The notes: generated from the letters alone by a model not told the origin. A DNA stretch of 21,339 nt from Candidatus Dadabacteria bacterium (GCA_040289575.1 PSLL01000015.1:40705-62043); one strand, 5' to 3'. Counted from the stretch's first letter, positions 1 to 8,045 are shown. Made by a program: numbers and translations.

Positions 1-1363
1 GAGGGGTTATGCCAATTTCAAGTGGGGTGGACTCAAGCGTTTTTGCAACTCCGATCTCCGCGATGAGCTCTGTTGCCCCCTTGCCGATTATATGAGCCCC
101 TAGAATCTCTCCGGATTTTGAGTCTGATATGATCTTCACAAATCCCTCTGTTTCTCCTATGGCAACCGCCTTTCCAGAGGCCTTAAATGGAAACTTTCCG
201 ACATTAAACTTAATTCCTCTATCTTTAGCCTCATCTTCGGTGATACCGATTGAAGCCACCTCAGGCTGACAGTAAACACAGCCCGGAATTCTATCATAGT
301 GCATCCTTGCGTTTTTATCCCCGGCCATTATCTCAACCGCTATAACCCCCTCTTCCGATGCCTTATGGGCGAGAAGCGGAGGGCCGATGACATCACCGAT
401 TGCATAAACGTTTTTGCAAGTTGTCATAAAAGAGTCGTCAACCTTTATAAATCCCTGTTTGGTAAGCTCTATGTTTAGTTCCTTAAGCCCTATGTCGCTT
501 GATTTATCGTAGTGGCTAAGCGAGGTCGGAGCCGTGTTGTATACCGCTTTTCTCCCAACGGCGACAAGAAGGCGCGATGAGAATACCCTTTTTTCTCCTT
601 TTCCCGAACTGTCCTCTAGTATTACTTCAACCGAGTTATCTAATTTTTTTAGCTCCTTGAATCTAGTGTTAGTGAGTATTTGTATACCGTTTCTCTTAAA
701 ATTTTTCTCAAGCTCTTCTGCCACTTCTTTATCAACCCCCGGAAGAATATGGCTCTCCATCTCAACTATCTTGACATTGCTGCCAAATGAATTGTAGACA
801 TAAGCGAATTCTACCCCGATATATCCGCCGCCTATTATGACGATTGATTCAGGGATCTCTTTCGAAAAGATAGCCTCATCGCTTGTCATTACAACCTTGC
901 CGTCAATCTCTATACCTGGCAGAATCCTCGGCACAGAGCCTGTAGCAATAAGTGCCCTTTCCGTTTCTATCTCCTTTTCATCTTTGTCCCCGATGATTCC
1001 AATCTTATTTGGCGAGATCAGTTTCCCAATTCCTGAAAAGAGGGTGATCTTATTCTTTTTAAATAGAAACTCCACCCCCTTTGTCAGTGTGGAAGAGGCC
1101 TTCCGGCTCTTTTCTATTACCTTGGAATAATCATAAGATAGCTCACTGCATTTGATCCCATAATTTTCCGAATGCCTAAATGTCTCGTAAATCTCCGCGC
1201 ACTTGAGAATTGCTTTTGAAGGGATGCAGCCCCAGTTGAGGCATACACCGCCGGGTTTATCCCTTTCAATAACAGCGACCTTCATTCCGAGCTGCGCAGC
1301 GCGTATTGCAGCAATATAGCCACCGGGACCTGAGCCGATTATGACAAGATTGAATCTTTCCAT
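1..1363 (-). CDS. lpdA: Dihydrolipoyl dehydrogenase (E3), 3' end runs off the window
   Basis: Not in the ORF track. Manual translation from ATG at 1363 gives MERFNLVIIGSGPGGYIAAIRAAQLGMKVAVIERDKPGGVCLNWGCIPSKA (FAD-binding GxGxxG plus redox CxxxxC motif GGVCLNWGCIPSK). Later: IIGGGYIGVEFA (NAD site) and VYAIGDVIGPPLLAHKASEEG. The frame is open to position 1. Confidence 0.96.
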   Translation of the reverse strand, partial: MERFNLVIIGSGPGGYIAAIRAAQLGMKVAVIERDKPGGVCLNWGCIPSKAILKCAEIYETFRHSENYGIKCSELSYDYSKVIEKSRKASSTLTKGVEFLFKKNKITLFSGIGKLISPNKIGIIGDKDEKEIETERALIATGSVPRILPGIEIDGKVVMTSDEAIFSKEIPESIVIIGGGYIGVEFAYVYNSFGSNVKIVEMESHILPGVDKEVAEELEKNFKRNGIQILTNTRFKELKKLDNSVEVILEDSSGKGEKRVFSSRLLVAVGRKAVYNTAPTSLSHYDKSSDIGLKELNIELTKQGFIKVDDSFMTTCKNVYAIGDVIGPPLLAHKASEEGVIAVEIMAGDKNARMHYDRIPGCVYCQPEVASIGITEDEAKDRGIKFNVGKFPFKASGKAVAIGETEGFVKIISDSKSGEILGAHIIGKGATELIAEIGVAKTLESTPLEIGITP

Positions 1364-1371
1364 AGTGATTT

Positions 1372-1377
1372 ATTATA
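1372..1377 (-). promoter_or_regulatory. Putative -10 box (TATAAT) for lpdA
   Basis: Perfect TATAAT on the minus strand 8 nt before the lpdA ATG. No clear -35 and no Shine-Dalgarno. Confidence 0.45.
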
Positions 1378-1483
1378 CACAAGTTCGGGAATTATTACCT
1401 GGATTTTGGTTATCGTGATATATCTTTAACAGACATGAGGAAAAAGAAGAAGGGGGATATGGGTTTTGCCCCTACATCTTATC

Positions 1484-1512
1484 TTGCTTAACTCTTATCT
1501 GCACTGTAAAAT
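1484..1512 (+). promoter_or_regulatory. Putative sigma70 promoter for aceEF
   Basis: TTGCTT (1484-1489), 17-nt spacer, TAAAAT (1507-1512), upstream of aceE. Confidence 0.5.
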
Positions 1513-1638
1513 TTCGTTATTGACGTTCTTTAGAATTTTAGAGGTGTTTCGTTTAAACTATGGGTATTGTCTGAATCCTCTCTTTTTCTGTCTGGGTCAT
1601 GATTGCAAATAATATTTGATGGTTAGAGGGGCAGGGAT

Positions 1639-4317
1639 ATGAGCAGTGTAGCAGATAAAGGGGCTTCCGAAATTGAAGCCATAGAAACCCAGGAATGGCT
1701 TGAATCTTTAGACTATGTGTTGCAAGCGGGTGGCCCTGAGCGGGTCAAGCGCCTCCTTAGGCAACTCCAGATCCATGCACAGGAGGCCGGGGTTAGATTG
1801 CCTTTTACTGCCAATACGCCCTACATCAATACTATTCCGGCTGAAGAAGAACCGCCTTATCCGGGAAGCCGCGAGATTGAGAGGCGCATAAGGAGTATCA
1901 TTCGATGGAATGCTATGGCAATGGTCGTGAGGGCAAACCGTATGGAAGAAGGGATTGGGGGGCATATATCAACATATGCATCGGCGGCGACATTGTTTGA
2001 GGTTGCATTCAATCACCTTCTCCGTGCAAAGACCGAGAACCATGAAGGCGATATCATATACTTTCAAGGCCATGCCGCTCCTGGGATTTATGCCCGCGCC
2101 TTTCTTGAAGGCCGTCTGACTAAGGAGCAGTTAGAGAACTTCCGCCGTGAACTACAGCCCAGAGGCGGGCTTTCATCATATCCGCATCCCTGGCTTATGC
2201 CTAACTTCTGGGAGTATCCCACCGTATCTATGGGGCTAAGTCCAATCATGGCAATATATCAGGCGCGATTCAACCGATACCTCGAAGACCGAGGGCTCAA
2301 AGAGCCTTCTGATGCTAAGGTCTGGGCATTCTTGGGAGACGGAGAAACGGATGAGCCGGAGACCCTAGGGGCCATTACACTGGCATCACGTGAGCAACTC
2401 GATAATCTGATCTTTGTTATTAATTGCAATCTTCAGAGATTAGATGGTCCTGTGCGCGGAAATGGCAAGATTATACAGGAGCTTGAGGCCATATTTCGCG
2501 GTGCGGGTTGGAATGTTATAAAGGTTATATGGGGCAGTGATTGGGACCCGCTTCTGTCAAAAGACCATAACAATATTCTGGTCAAGCGTATGGAGGAGGT
2601 CGTTGACGGAGAGTACCAGAAGTACGTTGTCGAATCCGGCAAATACATACGTGAGCACTTCTTTGGTGCCGATCCGAGCCTGTTGGATATGGTGAAGCAT
2701 CTATCCGACGAGCAAATCCAAAGATTGAGGCGTGGCGGACATGACCCGGAAAAGGTCTATGCCGCATACAAGGCTGCAGTTGAACACAAAGGATCACCTA
2801 CTGTTATTCTAGCTAAAACGATTAAGGGATATGGATTGGGCGAGGCTGGGGAAGGTAGAAACATCACGCATCAGCAGAAGAAATTAAACGAGGAGGAGTT
2901 GCGTGAATTTCGTACCCGATTTGGCATCCCTATTGCCGATGAGGATGTCGCCGAGGCTCCGTTTTATAAGCCACCAGATGATAGCCCTGAAATGAAATAT
3001 CTCCATGCGCGAAGGCAGGAACTGGGCGGGTATGTTCCAAGTCGTAGGGTCGAATGCAAACCCATCAAACCCCCTTCAGAAGATGTGTTTGAGGAATTCT
3101 ATAAGGGCTCCGAGGGTCGAGAGGCATCCACAACTATGGTCTTTGTGAGGCTTCTGTCGAGGCTCCTAAGAGACAAGGAGATTGGAAGATTTATTGTTCC
3201 CATAATTCCGGATGAGGCGCGGACATTTGGTATGGATGCATTATTTCGTCAGGTTGGAATCTATTCCCACCCCGGACAGCTCTATGACCCGGTTGATAAG
3301 GAAACGCTCCTCTATTATAAAGAGGCGAGGGATGGGCAAATACTCGAAGAGGGGATTACGGAAGCGGGTTCAATGTCCTCATTCATCGCGGCCGGAACGG
3401 CTTATGCTACGCACGGCATAAATATGATTCCGTTTTTTGCCTTTTACTCCATGTTTGGTTTTCAGAGAATCGGTGATCTTATATGGGCTGCTGGCGATTC
3501 GCGTTGTCGTGGTTTTCTGATTGGGGGAACCTCTGGTCGGACGACGCTTGCCGGTGAGGGGCTTCAGCATCAGGACGGAAACAGCCATCTTCTGGCCTAT
3601 CCGGTTCCTAACCTCAAGGCTTACGATCCGGCCTATGCCTATGAATTAGCTGTTATTGTTCGGGATGGCATTAGCCGTATGTATGAGAAACAGGAGGATA
3701 TCTTCTACTATATAACTGTTATGAATGAAACCTATGTTCATCCGCCCATGCCTGAGGGCGTAAAGGAGGGTATTATCAAAGGAATGTACAGGCTTAGGGC
3801 TTCGGAAAATAAGGATGCGAAACTCCATGTGCAACTTTTTGGCAGTGGTGCAATTCTAAATGAGGCTCTGAAGGCTCAAAGGCTCTTAGAAGAGAAATAT
3901 AGTGTCGCCGCAGATGTATGGAGTGTAACAAGCTACAAGGAACTCTATAGGGATGGGCTTGAGTCTGAGCGATGGAATATGCTTCATCCTTCAGGACCAC
4001 TCAGGGTTCCATATATTACTCAGTGTGTTAAGGATGCGCCGGGCGTCTTTGTGGCGGCTTCCGATTATGTTAAGGCTCTTCCGAACTCAATATCCCAGTG
4101 GCTTCCCAGACCCCTTGTATCCCTGGGGACTGATGGATTTGGCAGAAGCGATACGCGGCGTGCGCTTCGCGACTTCTTCGAGGTTGACTCAAGGTTTATC
4201 ACACTGGCAACATTAGCCGCCCTTGTGCGTGAAGGAAAGATCAGGCCAAAGGTCGTTGAAAGAGCTATGAAGGATTTGGATATTAACCCTGATAAAGCAA
4301 ACCCTATGGTTACGTAA
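1639..4317 (+). CDS. aceE: Pyruvate dehydrogenase E1 component, homodimeric (AceE) type
   Basis: 892 aa. Motifs ETQEWLESL, GGHISTYAS, GLSSYPHPWLMP, TPP-binding GDGETDEPE, NLQRLDGPVRGNGKIIQELE, GEGLQHQDG and LGTDGFGRSD. Confidence 0.97.
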   Translation: MSSVADKGASEIEAIETQEWLESLDYVLQAGGPERVKRLLRQLQIHAQEAGVRLPFTANTPYINTIPAEEEPPYPGSREIERRIRSIIRWNAMAMVVRANRMEEGIGGHISTYASAATLFEVAFNHLLRAKTENHEGDIIYFQGHAAPGIYARAFLEGRLTKEQLENFRRELQPRGGLSSYPHPWLMPNFWEYPTVSMGLSPIMAIYQARFNRYLEDRGLKEPSDAKVWAFLGDGETDEPETLGAITLASREQLDNLIFVINCNLQRLDGPVRGNGKIIQELEAIFRGAGWNVIKVIWGSDWDPLLSKDHNNILVKRMEEVVDGEYQKYVVESGKYIREHFFGADPSLLDMVKHLSDEQIQRLRRGGHDPEKVYAAYKAAVEHKGSPTVILAKTIKGYGLGEAGEGRNITHQQKKLNEEELREFRTRFGIPIADEDVAEAPFYKPPDDSPEMKYLHARRQELGGYVPSRRVECKPIKPPSEDVFEEFYKGSEGREASTTMVFVRLLSRLLRDKEIGRFIVPIIPDEARTFGMDALFRQVGIYSHPGQLYDPVDKETLLYYKEARDGQILEEGITEAGSMSSFIAAGTAYATHGINMIPFFAFYSMFGFQRIGDLIWAAGDSRCRGFLIGGTSGRTTLAGEGLQHQDGNSHLLAYPVPNLKAYDPAYAYELAVIVRDGISRMYEKQEDIFYYITVMNETYVHPPMPEGVKEGIIKGMYRLRASENKDAKLHVQLFGSGAILNEALKAQRLLEEKYSVAADVWSVTSYKELYRDGLESERWNMLHPSGPLRVPYITQCVKDAPGVFVAASDYVKALPNSISQWLPRPLVSLGTDGFGRSDTRRALRDFFEVDSRFITLATLAALVREGKIRPKVVERAMKDLDINPDKANPMVT

Positions 4318-4369
4318 CATGATACAAGATGTCATTGGCTAAGTACTAACAAGGAAATGTCTTAAACCT

Positions 4370-5824
4370 ATGGTGACTGAATTTAGGCTTCCTGAGCTTG
4401 GTGAGGATATTGAATCGGGGGATGTGATAAGTGTTTTGGTGTCTGTGGGTGATGTTATTACTCAAGATCAGCCGGTAATGGAGATTGAAACAGACAAGGC
4501 CACAATCGAGGTTCCTGCTCCTGTTTGTGGGGTGGTTAAGTCAATTCATGTAAAGGCGGGTCAGACAATCAAGGTGGGGCAATTGCTTATGAGTATTGAA
4601 GAGAGTACTGATGAAAAAGAAAAGAAGGCGATAGAAGACACCAAGGTTAAAATAAAAGAGGAGGAGACTAGGAACAAAGAAGAAAAACAAGAGATAACTG
4701 AGCCTAAGACTAAAAAAGAGGAACCTAAATTCAAACCGAAAAGGGAAGAGCGAGAAGAAGAATGGATTGGGAAAAAGCAGATAGAGGCCGAGGAAGAAGA
4801 AAGGAAAAGAGAGTCTGCTGAGAATCGTATTCCAAAAGAACGGGAGGGCGAGGTTGTTGAGTTTAGTCGCAAACCTAAGGCCGTTGTGGGGTCTGAGGCT
4901 CCCCGTGAGTTGGCTCCAGCCGCACCGTCTGTTCGTAGGCTGGCACGTGAGCTCGGGATTGATATTAACGAGGTTCCCGGCTCAGGTCCGGGAGGACGGA
5001 TTTCTGAGGATGACGTAAAGAATTATGTCCGATATGTCATCACAAGAGGTATGGAATCAAAGCCCGAAACACACCCAATACCTACACCCACTATACCGAC
5101 ACTTCCGGATTTTACTAAATGGGGAGAAATAGAGCGTGAGCCTATGACAAATGTGCGTCGCAAAACCGTCGAAAGTGTGGGGTTTGCGTGGATGGCTATT
5201 CCTCATGTGACACAACACGATAAAGCCGATGTTACCGGTCTGGAAGAGTTGCGTAAGAGCTTTGGAAAAAAGGTGGAAGAGGCGGGTGGAAAACTGACCG
5301 TCACATCTATTCTCCTCAAAGTGGTTGCCTCTGCGCTCAAGGTCTTTCCCAAATTTAATGCGAGTGTAGACACTGCTAGCAACGAGATTATCTATAAAAA
5401 GTACTATCATATCAGGGTAGCGGTAGATACGGAGCGTGGACTTTTGATACCGGTCATACGGGATGTGGATAAGAAAAATATTATTGAACTGTCTGTCGAG
5501 CTTGCGCAGGTATCGGAAAAGGCGAGGAACAGGAAGCTTACAGTTGAAGAAATGAAGGGCGGCACATTCACTATAAGTAATCTGGGAAGCATAGGCGGCA
5601 CATATTTCTCACCGATCATATATTGGCCGGAGGTTGCTGTTCTCGGCATCTCCCGTTCGAAGGTTGAGCCGGTCTTTGCCGATGGGCAATTTAAGCCCCG
5701 CCTTATGCTCCCGCTATCCCTCTCTTACGACCATCGCGTGATTGATGGAGCCGATGGGGCACGGTTTCTGCGCTGGATAGCCGAGGCAATTGAGCAGCCT
5801 TTTAGATTAATTTTGGAAGGATGA
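4370..5824 (+). CDS. aceF: Dihydrolipoamide acetyltransferase (PDH E2), single lipoyl domain
   Basis: Lipoyl motif IETDKATIEVP, peripheral subunit-binding domain APSVRRLARELGIDINEVPGSGPGGRI, and catalytic DHRVIDGADGARF. Directly follows aceE. Confidence 0.93.
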   Translation: MVTEFRLPELGEDIESGDVISVLVSVGDVITQDQPVMEIETDKATIEVPAPVCGVVKSIHVKAGQTIKVGQLLMSIEESTDEKEKKAIEDTKVKIKEEETRNKEEKQEITEPKTKKEEPKFKPKREEREEEWIGKKQIEAEEEERKRESAENRIPKEREGEVVEFSRKPKAVVGSEAPRELAPAAPSVRRLARELGIDINEVPGSGPGGRISEDDVKNYVRYVITRGMESKPETHPIPTPTIPTLPDFTKWGEIEREPMTNVRRKTVESVGFAWMAIPHVTQHDKADVTGLEELRKSFGKKVEEAGGKLTVTSILLKVVASALKVFPKFNASVDTASNEIIYKKYYHIRVAVDTERGLLIPVIRDVDKKNIIELSVELAQVSEKARNRKLTVEEMKGGTFTISNLGSIGGTYFSPIIYWPEVAVLGISRSKVEPVFADGQFKPRLMLPLSLSYDHRVIDGADGARFLRWIAEAIEQPFRLILEG

Positions 5825-5853
5825 AACAGGAAAAAACACTAGGTCCCTGTTTC
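5823..5853 (+). terminator. Weak possible stem-loop after aceF
   Basis: GAAACAGG (5823-5830) / CCTGTTTC (5846-5853) inverted repeat with a 15-nt loop, followed by T-rich heptamers. Confidence 0.25.
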
Positions 5854-5886
5854 TGTATTCTGTATACTGCATCCTGATTTATTCTC

Positions 5887-6807
5887 ATGCGCGTAGCCTC
5901 AATAGATATAGGTACAAATACATTCAGAATACTGGTTGGCGAGGTCAAAGATAAAGAGTTTAAAAGGCTCTACATTGACCGCGTAATTACAAGGCTCGGT
6001 GGAGGATTTAGCAGAGAAAAGGGAATCTCTGAGGATGCGGCGGATAGAGCAGTCGGGGTTCTCCGAGGATTCGCCGGTATTCTCAAAGAATACGGTGTAG
6101 AAAAGGTAAGAGCCGTAGCCACAAGCGTAGTTAGGGAATCCATAAACGGCTATGAGTTCTTAGAGAGAGTCCAAAGGGAAGCCGGAATCGAAGCGGAGGT
6201 AATCTCAGGAGAAGAAGAGGCAAGGCTTACTGTGAATGGCGTTCTAAAATCCGTTTCTGTCAATTCCAAATACAGCCTGATTTTTGATGTTGGTGGAGGA
6301 AGCACCGAATATGTGCTTGTGGAGCGGGGCGAGATTCTAGGCCTTAGGAGCACAAATCTCGGGGTTGTTCATTTTACAGAGGGATTTTTAAAGGGCGATA
6401 TACCATCTGAATCGGATGTCGGCGCGATTTCTAGAGAAATTTGGTGTGTTTTATCCTCTGAATTATCATGGATGTCCAGGGCTTCTGATAATGATCTGAC
6501 ACTAATCGGAACTGCCGGAACCCCTACTACACTTGCGGCAATTGAACTCGGTTTGGAAAGATATGATCCGAATCTGGTCAATGGGTTCATTCTGAAAAAG
6601 AATGTAGTGCTAAATATGTTTAATATGCTGATCGGAATTCCTGCTGAGAAAAGGCTTGGGATTAAAGGGCTTGAAAAGGGCAGGGAGGATGTGATTATTC
6701 CTGGAGCATTGATTGTCATTAAGACTATGGAGAGGTTCTCTAAGGATGAGATTGTTGTAAGCGACAGTGGTCTTCTTGAAGGTGTAGCTTATAGTATAAG
6801 TCCATAA
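5887..6807 (+). CDS. ppx: Ppx/GppA family exopolyphosphatase / pppGpp phosphohydrolase, short form without C-terminal HD domain
   Basis: 306 aa. ASKHA motifs SIDIGTNT, VATSVVRES, ISGEEEARL, DVGGGSTE, GREDVIIPG and SDSGLLEG. Confidence 0.9.
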   Translation: MRVASIDIGTNTFRILVGEVKDKEFKRLYIDRVITRLGGGFSREKGISEDAADRAVGVLRGFAGILKEYGVEKVRAVATSVVRESINGYEFLERVQREAGIEAEVISGEEEARLTVNGVLKSVSVNSKYSLIFDVGGGSTEYVLVERGEILGLRSTNLGVVHFTEGFLKGDIPSESDVGAISREIWCVLSSELSWMSRASDNDLTLIGTAGTPTTLAAIELGLERYDPNLVNGFILKKNVVLNMFNMLIGIPAEKRLGIKGLEKGREDVIIPGALIVIKTMERFSKDEIVVSDSGLLEGVAYSISP

Positions 6808-6811
6808 TTAC

Positions 6812-7072
6812 CTATCTTTCTCTAACCAGTGTTTCTAGAAAATTTATTATCTCCTTAACCTGCTTTCTGTTAAGGGAATAAATCCGGTTCTGACTTACTT
6901 TACACTCATTAACAAGATTTGCCTCTTTTAGGATTTTAAGGTGATTAGATATGGCAGGGTTGGATATGTTGAAATTACTTCCTATCTCCCCCGCCGTTGC
7001 CCTGCCTTTACTCAAAAGCTCAAGTATCTTTCTCCTTGTATCATCAGCAATAGCTTTGTAACAACAGCCCAT
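6812..7072 (-). CDS. ArsR/SmtB family winged-helix transcriptional regulator (SdpR-like)
   Basis: 86 aa. KAIADDTRRKILELL...TAGEIGSNFNISNPAISNHLKILKEANLV...RIYSLN matches the ArsR pattern, and the TAGEI..F.IS.P.IS.HL.ILK.A segment resembles B. subtilis SdpR. Confidence 0.9.
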   Translation of the reverse strand: MGCCYKAIADDTRRKILELLSKGRATAGEIGSNFNISNPAISNHLKILKEANLVNECKVSQNRIYSLNRKQVKEIINFLETLVRER

Positions 7073-7132
7073 ATCTCCGACATCCGTTTAATGGCTTTTT
7101 TATTTATTTAATTTTATCTCATATTATCTTAC

Positions 7133-7170
7133 AAGAGAAGCCTGGTCGGAATAATTACCGGGCTTCTCTT
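7133..7170 (-). terminator. Stem-loop between the secreted-protein gene and the ArsR gene (probable terminator/attenuator)
   Basis: AAGAGAAGCCTGGT (7133-7146) / ACCGGGCTTCTCTT (7157-7170): 14-bp stem with one imperfect pair and a 10-nt loop, 15 nt after the stop of the 7186-7470 gene. Confidence 0.6.
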
Positions 7171-7185
7171 AAATTTTGAGTTTGC

Positions 7186-7470
7186 TTATGATCCGGGGTT
7201 GCGTGGAATCTGAACACCGAACACCGAGATATACTCATCGCTTACCTTCTGGTCTGCCGTTATCAACGGGACGGCTGCATTCACCGTTTTCGGGGTGGTA
7301 TAGAAGCTCATATAATCTCTCTCCACGTCTCCACTCTTTGTCTCGTTCTTGACCTCGCTCTTAACTAATGGAATCTGGACACCAAATATGTTGTAGTTAT
7401 CGAGAGCGAATGAGAGTGACGAGAAGCCAAAGGCTAAGCCCAGGGTTGTGATAGCGATTAACCTCTTCAT
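7186..7470 (-). CDS. Small secreted hypothetical protein with duplicated FGVQIP motif
   Basis: Strong SD (AGGAGG) before the ATG, a Sec-type signal peptide MKRLIAITTLGLAFGFSSLSFA, and an internal repeat NIFGVQIP / SVFGVQIP. Family not recognised. Confidence 0.8.
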   Translation of the reverse strand: MKRLIAITTLGLAFGFSSLSFALDNYNIFGVQIPLVKSEVKNETKSGDVERDYMSFYTTPKTVNAAVPLITADQKVSDEYISVFGVQIPRNPGS

Positions 7471-7502
7471 TTGTGTTACCTCCTATAATTTGTTAATTTA
7501 AT

Positions 7503-7518
7503 ATCTAATTAATTAGAT
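7503..7518. promoter_or_regulatory. Perfect 16-bp palindrome, candidate operator
   Basis: ATCTAATTAATTAGAT lies almost entirely in the spacer of a weak minus-strand CTTACA-N17-TAAATT promoter candidate upstream of the secreted-protein gene. Confidence 0.5.
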
Positions 7519-7613
7519 GTAAGTTTAATAAAAAGGATTCGGAATTTGAATTATTGCCTCAGAATTAAGGAGAGATAATAGGCGATAAATCAAAATTAGA
7601 ATGGGAAAAGACT

Positions 7614-8045
7614 CTACGGGGAGATCGCGGTAAGGTCGGTAATAATGTCGCCCTAGCCAGCGGACGATGCAAACGGTGCGGACAGCCGACCTTTGGCAAA
7701 CAAGATGAGGAAGAAAATCCCACCGACCCGAAAGGCGTTGATACCGACGAGCGCCGCAAGCGGTAGCGAGAGAGGCGCGTTGCGGAAAGCGGACGACAGA
7801 AGCCAGGCGGCGATGCCACCAATCACCAGAACGCCGAACGCAAGCACGGGGGCTGGAAAATGTCCAGTCACTCCGGGCGCGAATCCGTCCATCGCGGCGA
7901 CCGCCACGATCATGGCAGACCAGGCAGCCGCGATCACAAAGGCAATGAGCTTGATGGCGGGACGAAGGGGCGCGAAGCCCACTATTGCGATTACATCAAC
8001 GACAAATATTGTCGCAAGCACGAGGGTGTCGATTATATCAAGCAT
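7614..8045 (-). pseudogene. Truncated multi-pass membrane protein (in-frame TAG, then early termination)
   Basis: SD AGGAGG and several hydrophobic helices. The ORF ends ...GRLSAPFASSAG-TAG and continues in frame GDIITDLTAISP-TAG, suggesting a TGG>TAG change in an AGWGD(I/L) motif recalled from similar hypothetical membrane proteins. About 65% GC over 7741-7980. Confidence 0.65.

Noticed and set aside
534..1130. Plus-strand ORFs 534-797 and 837-1130, and the many short antisense or alternate-frame ORFs within aceE, aceF, ppx, nfeD, ABC and fab genes
   Set aside because: They lie antisense to or inside clearly identified genes and have no recognisable motifs.
4303..4378. aceE ends ...PMVT and aceF starts MVT (CCTATGGT twice); mini-ORF ATG-TCT-TAA at 4357-4365
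   Set aside because: An 8-bp match and a two-codon ORF with a poorly spaced SD are within chance expectation.
7653..7655. Amber (TAG) recoding or pyrrolysine read-through in the membrane gene; acpP's TAG is also followed by GGA-TGA overlapping the fabF ATG
   Set aside because: TAG ends nfeD, the binding protein, the OppD-like gene, yceD and fabD at natural positions, and none of the long conserved genes contains an internal TAG. A second TAG follows after 12 more codons. A nonsense mutation is simpler.
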